Shown here: in pieces, positions 1-13,454 of the stretch
How the letters are laid out: every line of letters begins with the position of its first letter
Numbering within the stretch: position 1 is the first letter of the stretch
Assembly (NCBI GenBank): GCA_051294375.1
Contig: CM119269.1
Location: 10,395,471 to 10,459,470 of the forward strand
DNA length: 64,000 nucleotides
Source: Paraspadella gotoi
Lineage: Eukaryota > Animalia > Chaetognatha
Reading direction: 5' to 3'
Program-made: the position numbers and the translations under genes
The notes under the pieces: model-generated
Told to the model about the DNA's origin: nothing
The model's input: only the letters and a program-made list of their open reading frames with translations
The model's database searches: none

Positions 1-565
1 CTCTCACGAAACATCCCTTGTTCTTTTTTTTCCCGCTACGTCATCAGATTTCCTTTTTATTTCCCTTCCTATCTCCCTCTCCCTTTCTCTCCCTCGCGTT
101 CGTGGCTCATAAACTTTATGATAAAAGAGGAGCCACGTGTGTCGTACGTGATTCAGCAAACAAAAGACTCGCGGACGGGCCTTGGAGATTTTCTCCGGGC
201 CCGACAGAGGGCCGGCCTCGAGATCGAGGCTCGGCAAAAAGGGGAACTTAGACAAAAGATCGAGAGAGAAAGAGAGAGAAAATTGTTTTGATTTTGGAAA
301 GGAGACGATGGGAGCGATTAAATCTGTCTGGAAGGGTAAGGGCAAATAGTAAGATGAAGGGAAGTTGGCGCCATTGAAACGCAGGGAGATAAAATATCAA
401 GGGGAGATGGGTGGGTGGGTGAGTCGTGGACGAGGTTTGTCGGTCGATTGTTCAATGTTTTTTTTTCAAGTACAACATTATGAATATGGAAATTGTGAAA
501 GAAAGAATCCTCTACCGCACACAGTTAATACCTTTCTTGTCTCTTCTCTCTCCTCTCCTCTCTCT

Positions 566-678
<113 letters not shown>

Positions 679-1468
679 TTCTCTCGTTTTTTTCCCCTCC
701 CCTCATTCCCCACACACACAAAAATGTCCTTTGGCTGGCGCTGTGGATCCGTCCGCTGGTTATGATACCCCAGGAATACTAAGTAGGCTTGGGAATCCGA
801 CCGCCTGACCTGGAAACCGACTCTGGAGACTCGTAATCCAATCACAATCTTCGTTCGGTGAAGCTTTGGCCAATCACGGGTCATTTCTCGACAAAGCCAA
901 CCGGCGAGAGAAGAAAAAAAAGTTATTTTTGTTACCATAAAGGATTCTGTGCGGAAAGGTTACGGACGATGACAGGAACGCCTCCCCCTTTTCTTTCTGT
1001 TACCGATGAATTTCGCTGGAGTTAAAGGGGAAAAAAACCCGGCGAAATGAATCTCATCTTCTTTTTCCCCATTTTATGCAAATGTCACATTAGATTCTTG
1101 TAAGCAAAAATACTTAAATATTAGCTCCGTCAGTATCGCCGGCAATTAAGTTGCCAACGATGACGGCGCCATCGTCTGGAGAAGGTTGAAAAGAGGTTGA
1201 CTCTACCACGTTACGACTTCGAATCGAATCACTCGCAATCAAATAATCTGATAAAAATAAATGAATAAATCTTAAATAATCCTAAATAATTGATCAATGA
1301 TCTTAATCTTAAGTAATATGTAATCCGAGTTCTGCTTTTTGTACTCCTTTCAGCTTCTGGGCATTGAGTACTTTGAGTACTTAGCCCTCGATAATCATAC
1401 GTATAATGCCATCATAGCAAAACCTTTTATATATTCTCTCTTAACCATCTCAACAATCGCCATCTTTT

Positions 1469-1500
<32 letters not shown>

Positions 1501-1649
1501 TTTTCCGTTTACTCCAACGTCTCTGTCATCTGTTGCCATCACCAATGTCGTCTGACACCATCGTCCACATTCTCTCAGTAGTCATACTTAAGGACCCAAC
1601 AGCATTGACGGTCACTCTCACTCATTCGTACCTCCGCAAATCATGACAA

Positions 1650-1795
<146 letters not shown>

Positions 1796-2536
1796 ACAAA
1801 TCCCAGACGTCCCGAATACATTTTTCAGCAACGAGAGATAACCCGCGGTTTTTTTTCCCTCGGACTCCCATTCTCTGTCTCGCTCTCTGACTCTGTCGTT
1901 CGCTCGTTCTCGTTACATCGTCCATCTTTGCATATTCATGAGATGGAAATTGATGAAAATATCGTCTTCGTCGTCGTCGTCGTCGTCGTCGTCGTCTTCG
2001 TCGTTTTTAATGAGGTTTTTGCGAGGGGATGATCTCATAATGAAACCCCGCAAAAAAGAAAAGAAGAAGAAAGGAAATAAAAAAAGTTACGTCTATCTTT
2101 TTATTTCTGTTTTTGCTTCTCGCACAATAGGGAACTGGCTCGTTTATCAAAGCTCTTCTTTTTTCTAATTTTGTTCTAAGTTTGTTTTCCTTTGCAAGAA
2201 ATCTTTATATGCATTTTCACCTTTACAAATTAATTAAATGTCCATGTTTTATTTAAGTCTATAACACACTTGAGTGTCGGTCGGTCGGTCGGTCGGTCGG
2301 TCGGTATGTCTGTTCGTCGGTCTGTCCCATTCCTGTTTTGAATGCTCGTAACTCAGGGAATACTGGAAATGCGTCCGCGAACGAAAGTAACTGCGACGCA
2401 ACACCACACATCTCAAATTCTCTCCACATTTCTATTCTTCCTTCCACACATCTTCTATCCGACGGAAGAGAGGGCAAAAAGAGTCGCAATCATAGCCGAT
2501 AGCCTTTGCCTGTGCCCTGACTTTTCCCTCCCAGAT

Positions 2537-2570
<34 letters not shown>

Positions 2571-2627
2571 CTTTGTCTCTCTTGTTTCCGGTCAAAATCC
2601 TTGATTTTCTCCGCCGACGACCCCAGA

Positions 2628-2724
<97 letters not shown>

Positions 2725-3478
2725 GCCTGACGCGTTAATTATTCCAGATTCGCTCCTCCATCGATTTCGCCAACCGAGCGTGAGTTGGACCGATCACGCC
2801 TCACGCCTCACGCCTCACGCCCTTCCCGCATTGGCCTTTGCGGTTTTCGCTGAAGCGAAATCCATTGCATAGGATTCCATTCTCCCTTTCGCTTTACTTA
2901 TTCTTCCCCCCTTCGGACGTAATCCCTTTTCACAAATTTCCCCTTCACAGATGTGCCCAGTGCCCTGTGCCCACCCCCCATTGAGTTTCCAGTCCCCCTT
3001 CAGCCTTTACCGAATCTCTTGCCCCACGATTTTCCCTCTTAAAACAATCGAGGGTTTTCATTTCCTTTCTTCTTCATTGATTTTTGTCTTTTGTTTTTTT
3101 TTGTACAGGAATTATTTTTTTTTCTCCGGAACATGCTAAAAAAATTGTATGTATACATCATTTTCATTCTTTTTAAAAATCATATTTTCATCTGGAAAGA
3201 TATCCAAAGTCGGGCTCTGATTGGCTGACGTAAATCGTAAATCAACAAATGAAACATATATCTGAATTGAACTAGTTTCTCTTTTTTTTGAATCACAAGC
3301 TCCTTCGTATAATCGCTCCCTTGTCCGACATCCCATCTCTCTTTGATCTCTCACTAAAATATCACTAATACCACTTCTATTTCCGTCACTCTTTTCTCTA
3401 TCATTTCTTCCCTCATTGAACCTACGGTACCTTCGCGGAGCTAATGATCTTCGAATTCCCAAAACCAAGACCCTATCA

Positions 3479-3573
<95 letters not shown>

Positions 3574-4134
3574 CTTGTGGAATTCTCATTCGGTTCCTTT
3601 CTTTCTTACTCTCGTCTCTCTCTTTCTCTCTCTCTGAATAGGGAGACCTGCAGCCGAATCTCGCCATCTTGACTGTTGAGGCGATTAATCCAACTGGTGG
3701 CTCGGATTCGTTTCTTTGCCTCCAGCCTTTTTTTTTAACTCGTCCTTTGCACGATTCGGAATCCAAAGCCAAACCAAAAAAAAAATCAATTGAGTTTCTT
3801 CACTTGGCATTCGCTTCGTAGCGTCGTTTTTTTCGGTGTCATCAGTGCTATATTCTATATTCTATATGCTATATACATATAGCATACATACATACATACA
3901 TATATAATTATATATAGTATATTCGTTATACAATCATTTCTGTACATAATTAATAGCGACATAGTTATTATGCCGCAAAACTACGAAAAATAAAAAATTA
4001 TCCGCTCTCTTAGCCTAATTCATTTATTGGACAATTTCGCTTTCGCTATTTTATCTTTTCTCACTCATCTATTGTTTCTCTGCAACCCCAGACGCAACAT
4101 TCTCCAATCCTCAGCCATTTCCCGCCCACCAAAA

Positions 4135-4226
4135 CACCCCAATCCCCAGCCCTTCCCCGCCCATCGAAAATCCCCAATCCCCAGCCCTTCCCCGCCCACC
4201 AAAACTCCCCAATCCCCAGCCCTTCT
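4135..4226. repeat. Short minisatellite, about 3 copies of a 35-bp unit (ccccaatccccagcccttccccgccca...)
   Basis: Direct observation. Confidence 0.8.
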
Positions 4227-4323
4227 ACGCCCCCCTTTCTGTGGCGTTAAGATCGAGAGCGGCGTAACGAGCGTCAATAGAAGGAAAAGTCGGGGAAAGG
4301 GATAACTATTATTATCGGAGATC

Positions 4324-4355
<32 letters not shown>

Positions 4356-5848
4356 ACGACGACGACAGCGACGAATGGGGAATCAAAACTAATGTGGAAG
4401 GTGATGACAAAGGACGACGGATTAGGACAGAAATATATCCCGAAGGAGATCGGATTAGGGGATGACGATGACGATGACGTGGATGCTAGTCATTGTGATA
4501 TTATTTATAAGCGGTGAAGATAAAACAACGCGTCGTAACGCATATTTCACGACTCACGCGACGCAATAGAGTAGAGGAAGGTCGAAAGAAAGAGGAAGAT
4601 TGGAAAAATAAAAGGAGAAAAAAAAAAAGAAAAGAAGAGAGAGTTGGAAAGAGGAAAGAGGGATACTTATCGGCTAATACAGTGAAAAAACACGACCGTG
4701 ACCCGAATCTGTCACGAGACAAAATTCGTGATAAATTTTAAATGGAGTGCAGCCTCACTTTTTCTGACGCTTCAAGGTCGGCGAGGGTGATATACGACTT
4801 TCCACCCAAGATTTTTTTTTCTTCAGTTTTTAGATTTTTTTTTCTCCCGACGTCGATTGAAAGTCGAACATAATATTGGCTTTTTTAAGATGGGGTATTA
4901 TTTAAAAAAAAAAAAAAAAACATTTTTTTTGTTTACAACGTATTCGTTTTTGAAATGTATGTAAATGTAAATGTAAACCAGTGGCTACGCCAGTACATGT
5001 AAATCACTTTCAAGGCTTAAACTGAACTATTGCTGCGTCACTAATCATATTTTGGTACTTGTAAAAATATTTTATAAATAAAAATAATATTATTTTAATT
5101 TCGATGTATGATATATCATTAAAATGCTTTGATCAAGATATAAAATAAAAATAAAGTGATTTACAAAAAAGCTGCAATGCCAGTCGGGAACAATACAGAA
5201 CGATGACTTTAAATAAAATTAATCAAATTAATCAAATTAATCAAATTAAGAACTGGTAGAAAAAATAACGAGGTAAAATAAGAAAGAAAAGAACGAAGTA
5301 CTTTACAAAAAGGTATGAATGGAAGTTTTTACTAAAAATATGGCGTTGGCGAGCAATAACGAAATGAACAGGAAAAAAAAAAAGAGCAACCCCGCGAATC
5401 TTTTCTCTTTTCTCTCTTTGGTAAAGACTCTTCAATTTCGTTTTTTGTTTCCTTGCCAGGGAACTTAGCAACCGGCTTAGCAACGAGGTTTTTTTTTACT
5501 GGGAAGCCCAACTTAAAAGGGGCTAAAGTAGCTCTGCCAATTTGTTTATGTGGTGGCGTCAAAAGTTATCGCTGCCATTCCGCAGAGAAACCATTTTAGG
5601 AATGCGGAAAAGACGGAAAACAGCTCACTCCTTTTTTCGCCAATGAAAAATTAATCAACTCTGGAGTCTGGGACGAATGTCTGCAAATGTTTTACTTTTA
5701 GTGCGGGTTACTTCAATATTTTTTGAATGTTTCTCCGGGTGATGAAATTATAAACTGAAACATATCTCCTAAATAAGTTAGGACCCCCACGGGCCCCAGG
5801 TAATGACAACCATCGCAAAATAATTTTTTTGCCCTAAATTAACTTGTA

Positions 5849-5975
5849 CAGGCAGTAGTTGATGCCGAGGAAGGGTATACCAAATATTGAGAATGTCATC
5901 ATGATGTTTTACCCATGTTTTATATACTTTTTATTGAAAAAATGAATTATGTCATATACTTTTTCATAGATAGTA
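5849..5975. mobile_element. Truncated right end of the same MITE family as 54723-55245
   Basis: caggcagtagttgatgccgaggaaggg...tttttattgaaaaaatgaa...tatactttttcatagatagtata matches 55131-55247 with substitutions and indels. No left TIR found. Confidence 0.7.
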
Positions 5976-6587
5976 TATATAAATTTATTTTAATTTTTCC
6001 TCATATTTCCTTAAAATAGAGTTATTATACGTCAATTTAACTTCATCTTCGTGCTCTCCGTAATCATGACCGTCGTACTTTTTTCTCCCTCTCCTTTCCC
6101 TCCCTCCTTCACAAATTTGGTCGCAGTTAATCGAGTTTTTTTTCCCTTCCCTTTGATGTATTCCGTTCGAGTCAAGTTGAGTCAAGTTTTGGACGAGAAC
6201 AGCGTCACGTGGCGGTTTTCGTCGTCGTCGTCGTCGTCGTCGGTCGCTTGACACTCGTAATCGCGACGTTAACGATTTTTTTTCTTCCGGTCCTGATGCC
6301 GTGTGGTTGCTGCAGGGATGAGACTTGGAAAGAGGGGGATCTAAACGAGGACGAGATTAAAGGAAAATTGGGCGAATTGGTTATGGATGGAGATGAGATG
6401 ATTTTGATGGAACCGAGGAAAAAAAAACGGGAAGGAGAATACACGGTGAAGCTGGCGGGATGGAACTGTTCACAGCGCACTGCAGTGTGACGAGAATGAG
6501 CGGACGCAGAGCGAGGAGGAATGGCTTAGGGAATGGCGAAACGAACGACGAAACAATGGTAAACAAATGGCAAAAGGGGCGTTCTAC

Positions 6588-6683
<96 letters not shown>

Positions 6684-7376
6684 AAAAAAACCCCACGTCC
6701 ATGAAAACCCGAATGAATTATTTAGTCCGGGAGGCTCGAGGCTTTTTTTTTCTTCCTGCGGCCAAAACTCCAATAATCGTCGCAATTTTATGAAAATTTG
6801 ATGCGAGTGACTTCTGGCGGCTTCAGCCGTAGTCAGGCGCGGCAGCGGAGACGAATGTGGCGGTGGTGGCGCTGCAGTTTCAAATTATATGTAAAATCCG
6901 GAACCTGATTTGCGCGTCCTTACTTTTTACTAAGTACTATAGATTCATAATTTTTTTTACCTTTTCCTAACAAAACCATTTCTCATCCTTTCTCTCCTTT
7001 TTTATTTCCTCGCTATGAAAATGAACCTTCTTTTTTTTTCTCATTTTTCTACTTCGTCCTCGTAGTATATTTGCGTCATCGTCAACGGTCATTTTTCATT
7101 CGTCATTCCTTGTTGTTCACCCTAGTGGTGGTTGTTGTGGAGGTTGTTGTGGTGGTTTTTCTCCTTTTTTTCCAAGTTTTCTTTACAACTCGTTTTTTTT
7201 TCTCATAATCATTTTTAAGACCGACCGACCGACTGAGTGTTACACTAAAACTGTTTGTGAAAAACTGTGGCGCTTATCGATCGAGCTGTCATTATTGTAT
7301 CTTGCGAGAAAGAAATGAAGCGAAAGATTTTTGCTCATTTTCCCATCATTTTAAAAGTTACATATCGTTATTTGCG

Positions 7377-7409
<33 letters not shown>

Positions 7410-7421
7410 TCCTCTCTCTCT

Positions 7422-7463
<42 letters not shown>

Positions 7464-7563
7464 CTCTCCTTATAAGCTACATATATATCGGATCCCTCTC
7501 CGATCTTTTATTCCCTTTCTTCTCCACTTGTTCGCCATCTTTCCTTTCCATTAACCTCCTCAA

Positions 7564-7662
<99 letters not shown>

Positions 7663-8731
7663 TTCTTCTCTTTTCCTCGACTGTCTAACTTTCCCATTCT
7701 GGCCACACGGCCATTTTTCTTCTCCTCCCCCGCTGGGCTTTGGTCAGTGCCAATATAACCCATAGGCCTGATCTCGGTGCCATTCTTCTATTGTTTGATT
7801 CCGGAACTTTCTCTCCCTCTCTCTCCCTCTCTCTCTCCCCCCTTCCTTTTCTTTCCCAACTTTTGAACAAACACCCGAACACTCGTTAATCACCCTTTCC
7901 CATTCTCGAGGAACAATCGAGTCCGGAACAAAAGTTCGCGCGGATCTCGGCGAACGAGATTTTCGAGTCTCGGGAATTTGAGAAACAAGAATCGAATCTC
8001 AGTCTATTTCGTGACCGAAGACTAAATTATTAAATAAGGAAATAAAACGGAACAAAGAAAAGTTGAATTTTAAAAAGTGACTTAGTTTTTGTAATTAGTA
8101 TTACTACTAGTAATTAGGATAAATAAAATTTGTATCTTTGACTATTTTTTGTTTACATACAAAATTTTTTATACTCCATTTTCACCTTAACTGTCTTTTT
8201 TTGGCCGTATCTGCTTACAGCAGATTCATGCTCAATAAATTCATGCTTGATAAATTGAACTGTAGTATTGACAATACTACAGTTCATTTACCTGGGATGG
8301 AATTGTCCGAGTGGAAATGAGTTTAAATTGATTAGGCTTTTTTCTTTGTTATTTGTCTCCTTGAAAATAAAAACAAATTCGTTGTTTGTAAACAAAACAA
8401 AATTTCACTTAATTCTAGCTTTTTTCTTTTTATATTAAATATAAATTTAAGTTTAATAATTATTAATTAATTAATTAATTAATCACCTGCTTACTGCTAA
8501 TGATCATGAGTAGATTTTTTGGGCTCAAACTTGTGCAAATAATTTTTTATCTTTGTTTGAGTATTTGGGCATAGAAAAACAAAAAATGGGTACTGTGGAC
8601 GCAACAAGTTTCAGTACCTGGTTTTCCTGTGTGACGACTAACTAATTTTTGACATCCATATTTAATTCAATTTGTTATTCAATTTCCCTCCAGTGTTTTC
8701 CCACGACCACCAATGTTACAATGAATTTCAA

Positions 8732-8811
<80 letters not shown>

Positions 8812-9337
8812 TCCCTTCCCGTTCCTCGCCCATCCATATCGCCATTACAGCGACGTGTGTGCTGCGTTTCCTCTCAATTGGCCAAAGGCGAGTTTGCTCG
8901 TCAGCTCAGAATCGTTTTGGGGGAGAAATGGCGGGAGGGGTGCACGGACGGACGGATGTAGGGATGAAGGGAAAGGGAGGTTGAAAGAATGTATGGGTGA
9001 GTAGATGAACGTATGGGAGGATGGAGGGATAGATCGGCCTGATAGATGTATGGGTGAATGAAAGGATAATAGATTAGTTTGGACGTCATGAAAGCATTTC
9101 TATGTTCACGTCATTCTTTAAAGTTTAAACTAATCGTGAAATTAATCCCTTTCAATAATTTTACCTTAATCTTAAGTATTGAATTTCTTCGCCCAAATCG
9201 AATGGTGATGGACGAACGGAATGAAAAACGGACAGAGGGAACTGCAAATGGACAACCAAACAGACGATCCCGTTTGATACATGATTCGATGTAGTTCGAC
9301 TTAATGTTTCCGGAGACTTGATGGAGGCGTGATAAGG

Positions 9338-9407
<70 letters not shown>

Positions 9408-10627
9408 CTCTCTCTCGCCACTGTTTCGTTTCCGCTTTTTCGAATTTAGACGTCGAATAGCCGTTTGACCGGAAGTGAAGCTACTACGCTGAATCGCGTC
9501 GCCGCCCCAGGCGCCATTTTTGCCTCGGGGAGGGGGGGGTCGAAAAAGGCCCGGGATGTCATCAAATCCACGCCATTTAATATTCCATTGTCGGCTGAAT
9601 GTACTGTACTTTTTGAATGAAGGATTAAAATGAAGAACTAAAATCGGTTAATTTTGGGCAAAAATGTCAGAAAAAAATTGGGTGTGTTGCAAAAATTGAC
9701 TTATGGAGGGAAGAAGGGTAGAAGAGGTGGTGATTTAAAATGGCTACTGCAGTACTGAGTACTGAGGTACTGGGTACATAGTACTGCAATATCCGGATAA
9801 AGAGAAAATAAAACTAATGTAAAGTAAGATTCACGAGAAGACATAAAAAAAAAAATCAAAATTTTAAACGGACGGAAAAGATTTTGATGCGAAAATAGTA
9901 CAGAAGTGAAGTTTAGATAGAAGTGAAGGAAAAAACGTAGGAAAAAAAGGAAAGAAAAAACCGGAAGTTAAGGGAGAGAGGGAGAATAAAAAAAGTGGAC
10001 GAGGAAAAAGTCACGAATTGAATCACGTATCCCGGAGAAAAAGAAGAAAAGAGTAAAAAAGCGAACATCAAAAATGGAGGAAAAGAAAGAAAAGGGAGGG
10101 GGAAAAAACGTGACGGAAAAGGCTTTGGCAAAAAANNNNNNNNNNNNNNNNNNNNNNNNNNNNNNNNNNNNNNNNNNNNNNNNNNNNNNNNNNNNNNNNN
10201 NNNNNNNNNNNNNNNNNNNNNNNNNNNNNNNNNNNNNNNNNNNNNNNNNNNNNNNNNNNNNNNNNNNNNNNNNNNNNNNNNNNNNNNNNNNNNNNNNNNN
10301 NNNNNNAAAAAGTTAAAGTACATTGGTCTCAAGGCTTCACAGAAAATTTGGTCGAGGAGAAAAAGAGTGAAAAGAGAGACAGAGACAGAGTCGTTGGGTC
10401 GAAAAGGCAAAACAATCCTTGTCCTTTACGTCAAGTTTCACTCACCATCCCTTTTTCAATGTTCACTGTCTCTGTCCCTTCATCCCTTCATCCCTTCATC
10501 GCCGCTGTTCTAAAAATAGCAACCGGAATTGCTTGAGAGAGTTGGAACTTTCTCTTTAAGGATGAGCCTATTTTACTAACAAGTCTAAATCAGTGTGTCT
10601 TTTCTAATTGTCATTTTTGTCTGTCTT

Positions 10628-10679
<52 letters not shown>

Positions 10680-11561
10680 CCTTACTTTCATTGACTTTTA
10701 TTTATCTTTCCAACCGACTGTATAGAATTATCCACCTTTCCATGGATTAAATGTGCCTCCCCCATTTTGCTATCTACCTTCTACACATCTTTTCATCTCC
10801 CAACCACAATTAACCAACGTCAGCCATTGCTCAATCCATATCCCGCGCCATTGCCTCCCGTTCTTCGGTAGAATCTGCCGCCGCCGCCGACTCCGCCCAT
10901 CGCTCTTGCCGTCACTCCGCCTCCTCTGGTCGAATCCAAGCCTCGATTGAAGATCAAGGTCAAGGTCAAGGTCAAGGGCAACGATGAAAAACTCGATCAT
11001 TGGTTTTCTTTTTTCTTTTTTCGTATATAAATTCGCAAAACAAACAAAAGATGTCGATACAAAGGAGTTGCGGTTTAAAAAAAAAACAAACAAACTAACT
11101 CAAATGCAAGCGCTCTCCATCCTAATTCCACGACAGAAATCATGATTTTTTAAAAAGTTAAAGTTTCGTTGGTAATTCTGGGCAATTTATTCCGATGCTA
11201 GTTGCTTCCCTTGATTATTAAAATTACACCGGCACTCGACTAAGTTTTAACGCATTGTTCTCTGGCCGACAAACCCCCCCCCCAAAAAAAAATCGCAATC
11301 TGTAGGGTAATTTAAAAATGACCTTAAAAACAAAATAGTTCCCAATAAAACTCGTGAAAATAGTAGGCGGTTTTTTTTTTCGAGATCAGGGAAACAAATT
11401 CTTTTTTATATCATCAATTTTCTTCTCATTTTTCAGAGACCAACGAGCGACGGAAGGTTGCGCCTCGTTAGGCAAATGCGCCTTCCAAACCGCGAAAACC
11501 CTCGAGAGTCAATTCGTGGAAGGAATTCCGAAACTCAACTCACTCTCTCTCTCTCTCTCTC

Positions 11562-11630
<69 letters not shown>

Positions 11631-12199
11631 CTGTTTCCCCTTCTTCTCGTTGTCTGTTTTTTATAAAAAGTGGCTGAATTCTTCCTCTTTGGTGGCCAGA
11701 GTAAATCCGAAGCAACCCCCCCCATCCGACGAAGCTGGCTGGGGCCTCAGGTTGGCGGGCGGCGGCGGCGTGACGCAACGGCGTCCCTGGAGGGTCGTTT
11801 GCAGCGACGCTTCTGACACACCTTCAAAGTTCAACCCTCCGTCGGAAACAAAAGAACGCATCTTCGATAAGACGGTCGGCGATAATGTCCGCCGAGATTT
11901 GGGAGTGAGACAGGATGGAAGAAGAGAAGAAAAAAGGGATGAAGAATACAACTAAAGATAATAATAAATGAGATAAACATAGAAAAGAAGAAAAAAAAAA
12001 AGAAGTAAAAAGATGAGAAAAATCTAAAATCTAAAAACAATTGCATTAATAAATCTTTAATTTGAGTACGTCGCATTTTTAAACATAAGAGTTTTGAGAA
12101 ATATATACATTTTAGATACATTCATTCTAAAAACAAACATTTCGGGTCAAATTAATTAATTTATTAATTAAATGATTATTTTAGTTTATATAGTTTTTA

Positions 12200-12262
12200 T
12201 TAATTAATTAATTAATTACCTCTAATGATCGTGGGCAGATCCGACATTGTTTGCTCAAACTT
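12200..12262. repeat. Dispersed repeat; other copies at about 21270-21337 and, more diverged, about 8460-8535
   Basis: (TTAA)n followed by taatgatcgtgggcagatccg(a/g)cattgtttgctcaaactt at 12223 and 21298; taatgatcatgagtagat...gctcaaactt at about 8498. The 8.2 kb and 21.05 kb copies also share gccg(t/a)atctgcttacag. Confidence 0.7.
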
Positions 12263-12572
12263 TTTTTTTTTTTTTTCATTTAAACTCATTTACACTTGGA
12301 CGATTTGGAATTCAAACTCAATCTCACATTTCCTCATCTACACATAAATTTTCAAGTCAATCGCCTGATTGTTTGTCTTGCGATGATATAGAATCGCAAA
12401 AAGAAAGTTAAAACTACGAGTGACCGTAATTCTCGTCCCTAACTTTTTTACTTTTTAAAAAACCGGTCTAAACCGGTTAAACCTGGGCAACAAACAAATT
12501 TTTGCTTACTGGTTCTTAGTTGTCAAAAAGTTTTTTATTTACCAAATTAAACCAAATAAACATCAATGAGAA

Positions 12573-12724
12573 ATGTTAAAAACAATGGAAGGAGCAGAAG
12601 TAATCTTTTTGTTTGCTCTTGTTTTGTCATTTTCGAATGCGGCTATCAATCTGAAATTTGGGAAAAACTTTGAAACTTCCGCCTTTATTGACGAGTTAAA
12701 AAAAATAAATTTGAGAAACACGAG
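12573..12724 (+). CDS. Exon 1 of LRR-TM-pseudokinase-KEN receptor gene; encodes signal peptide (MLKTMEGAEVIFLFALVLSFSNA/AINLKFGKNFETSAFIDELKKINLRNT-R); alternative start ATG at 12585
   Basis: Read by hand. ATG at 12573, hydrophobic core VIFLFALVLSF followed by a small-residue S-N-A cleavage-like site. Ends at donor AG|GTAATT (phase 2), which is frame-compatible with the next exon; an in-frame TAA follows if unspliced. Not in the ORF track. Confidence 0.8.
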
Positions 12725-12792
12725 GTAATTCAAGTTAGAGGAACCAAAAGCAACCAACAGATGAATTATTAAAAAAAAAAAATTGCTTGTAG

Positions 12793-12959
12793 GTTACATA
12801 AAAATGATGAGCCTGAGCTTATGATCAATCGGGCAAACGACTGTCAAATAGCCTGTCAATACACTCCGTCAAGTGTCCTTCAGCATCGCATGGATATTTG
12901 GAGCTGCGGATGGCGAACTCATTCCAGCATTCCTGGCATCGACTTCCGGAAAAAACCAG
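12793..12959 (+). CDS. Exon 2 of the receptor gene (LHKNDEPELMINRANDCQIACQYTPSSVLQHRMDIWSCGWRTHSSIPGIDFRKKP-G); Cys-containing, probable N-terminal LRR cap region
   Basis: Acceptor ttgcttgtag|G after a 68-nt intron. Open 167-nt frame. Donor CCAG|GTATTA (phase 1) joins exactly in frame to the acceptor at 13455 (G+GT = Gly, then CENLTKVMMNN). Confidence 0.8.
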
Positions 12960-12966
12960 GTATTAT

Positions 12967-13160
12967 GGTGGACTAAAATTCACCAACCGTTCATCAGCGG
13001 CCATTGGTGCCGGAGGCAAGTCATTCGCCTCCCAACCCAAATGTCCGGGGTTCTAGCCCGGTGGCCGCCTAGTAGTTAAGAGGGACGGGGCGCTTAACCC
13101 GTCTGTAACACGGTGTTACAGCCTGATCCGAAGCTCAGGGACTGCTTATATTGAACGGTT
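12967..13160. other. Highly structured GC-rich element in intron 2 (nested inverted repeats); candidate ncRNA, cis-regulatory RNA or small repeat element
   Basis: Stems seen directly: AACCGTTCA/TGAACGGTT, GCGGCCA/TGGCCGC, GGAGGC/GCCTCC, CCGGG/CCCGG, GACGGG/CCCGTC, TGTAACA/TGTTACA, CCTGA/TCAGG, all mutually compatible. Family not recognised. Confidence 0.45.
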
Positions 13161-13454
13161 CTGTCACTATCACATAACAATAATTACTGTCTCTTCAGTA
13201 TCAAGTTGGTGAAGATCCCTCGAAGTCTGAAGGGAAAACTCACGTTTACGTAATAATAGCCCAAAGTTCATTTTTTCCTTGTCCATTAAGTAATGTAAAT
13301 AAGTTCTGTAATGTAAACATATTCAAGTATCGTTTAAAGATAACGAAAATAGAAAACAGAAGGGAAAGAGTGAGGAGATAAGGCGGTTTTTTCTGTATAC
13401 ACTATACAATATAAACTATACAGTATACACTACACTGTTTTCTTTTTGTTTCAG

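Noticed and set aside
12985-13000. CTGATGA on the minus strand as a hammerhead core or snoRNA C box; HDV-like or twister fits to the intron structure
   Set aside because: No GAAA partner in the required position; the HDV L3/P1.1 elements and twister pseudoknots could not be built.
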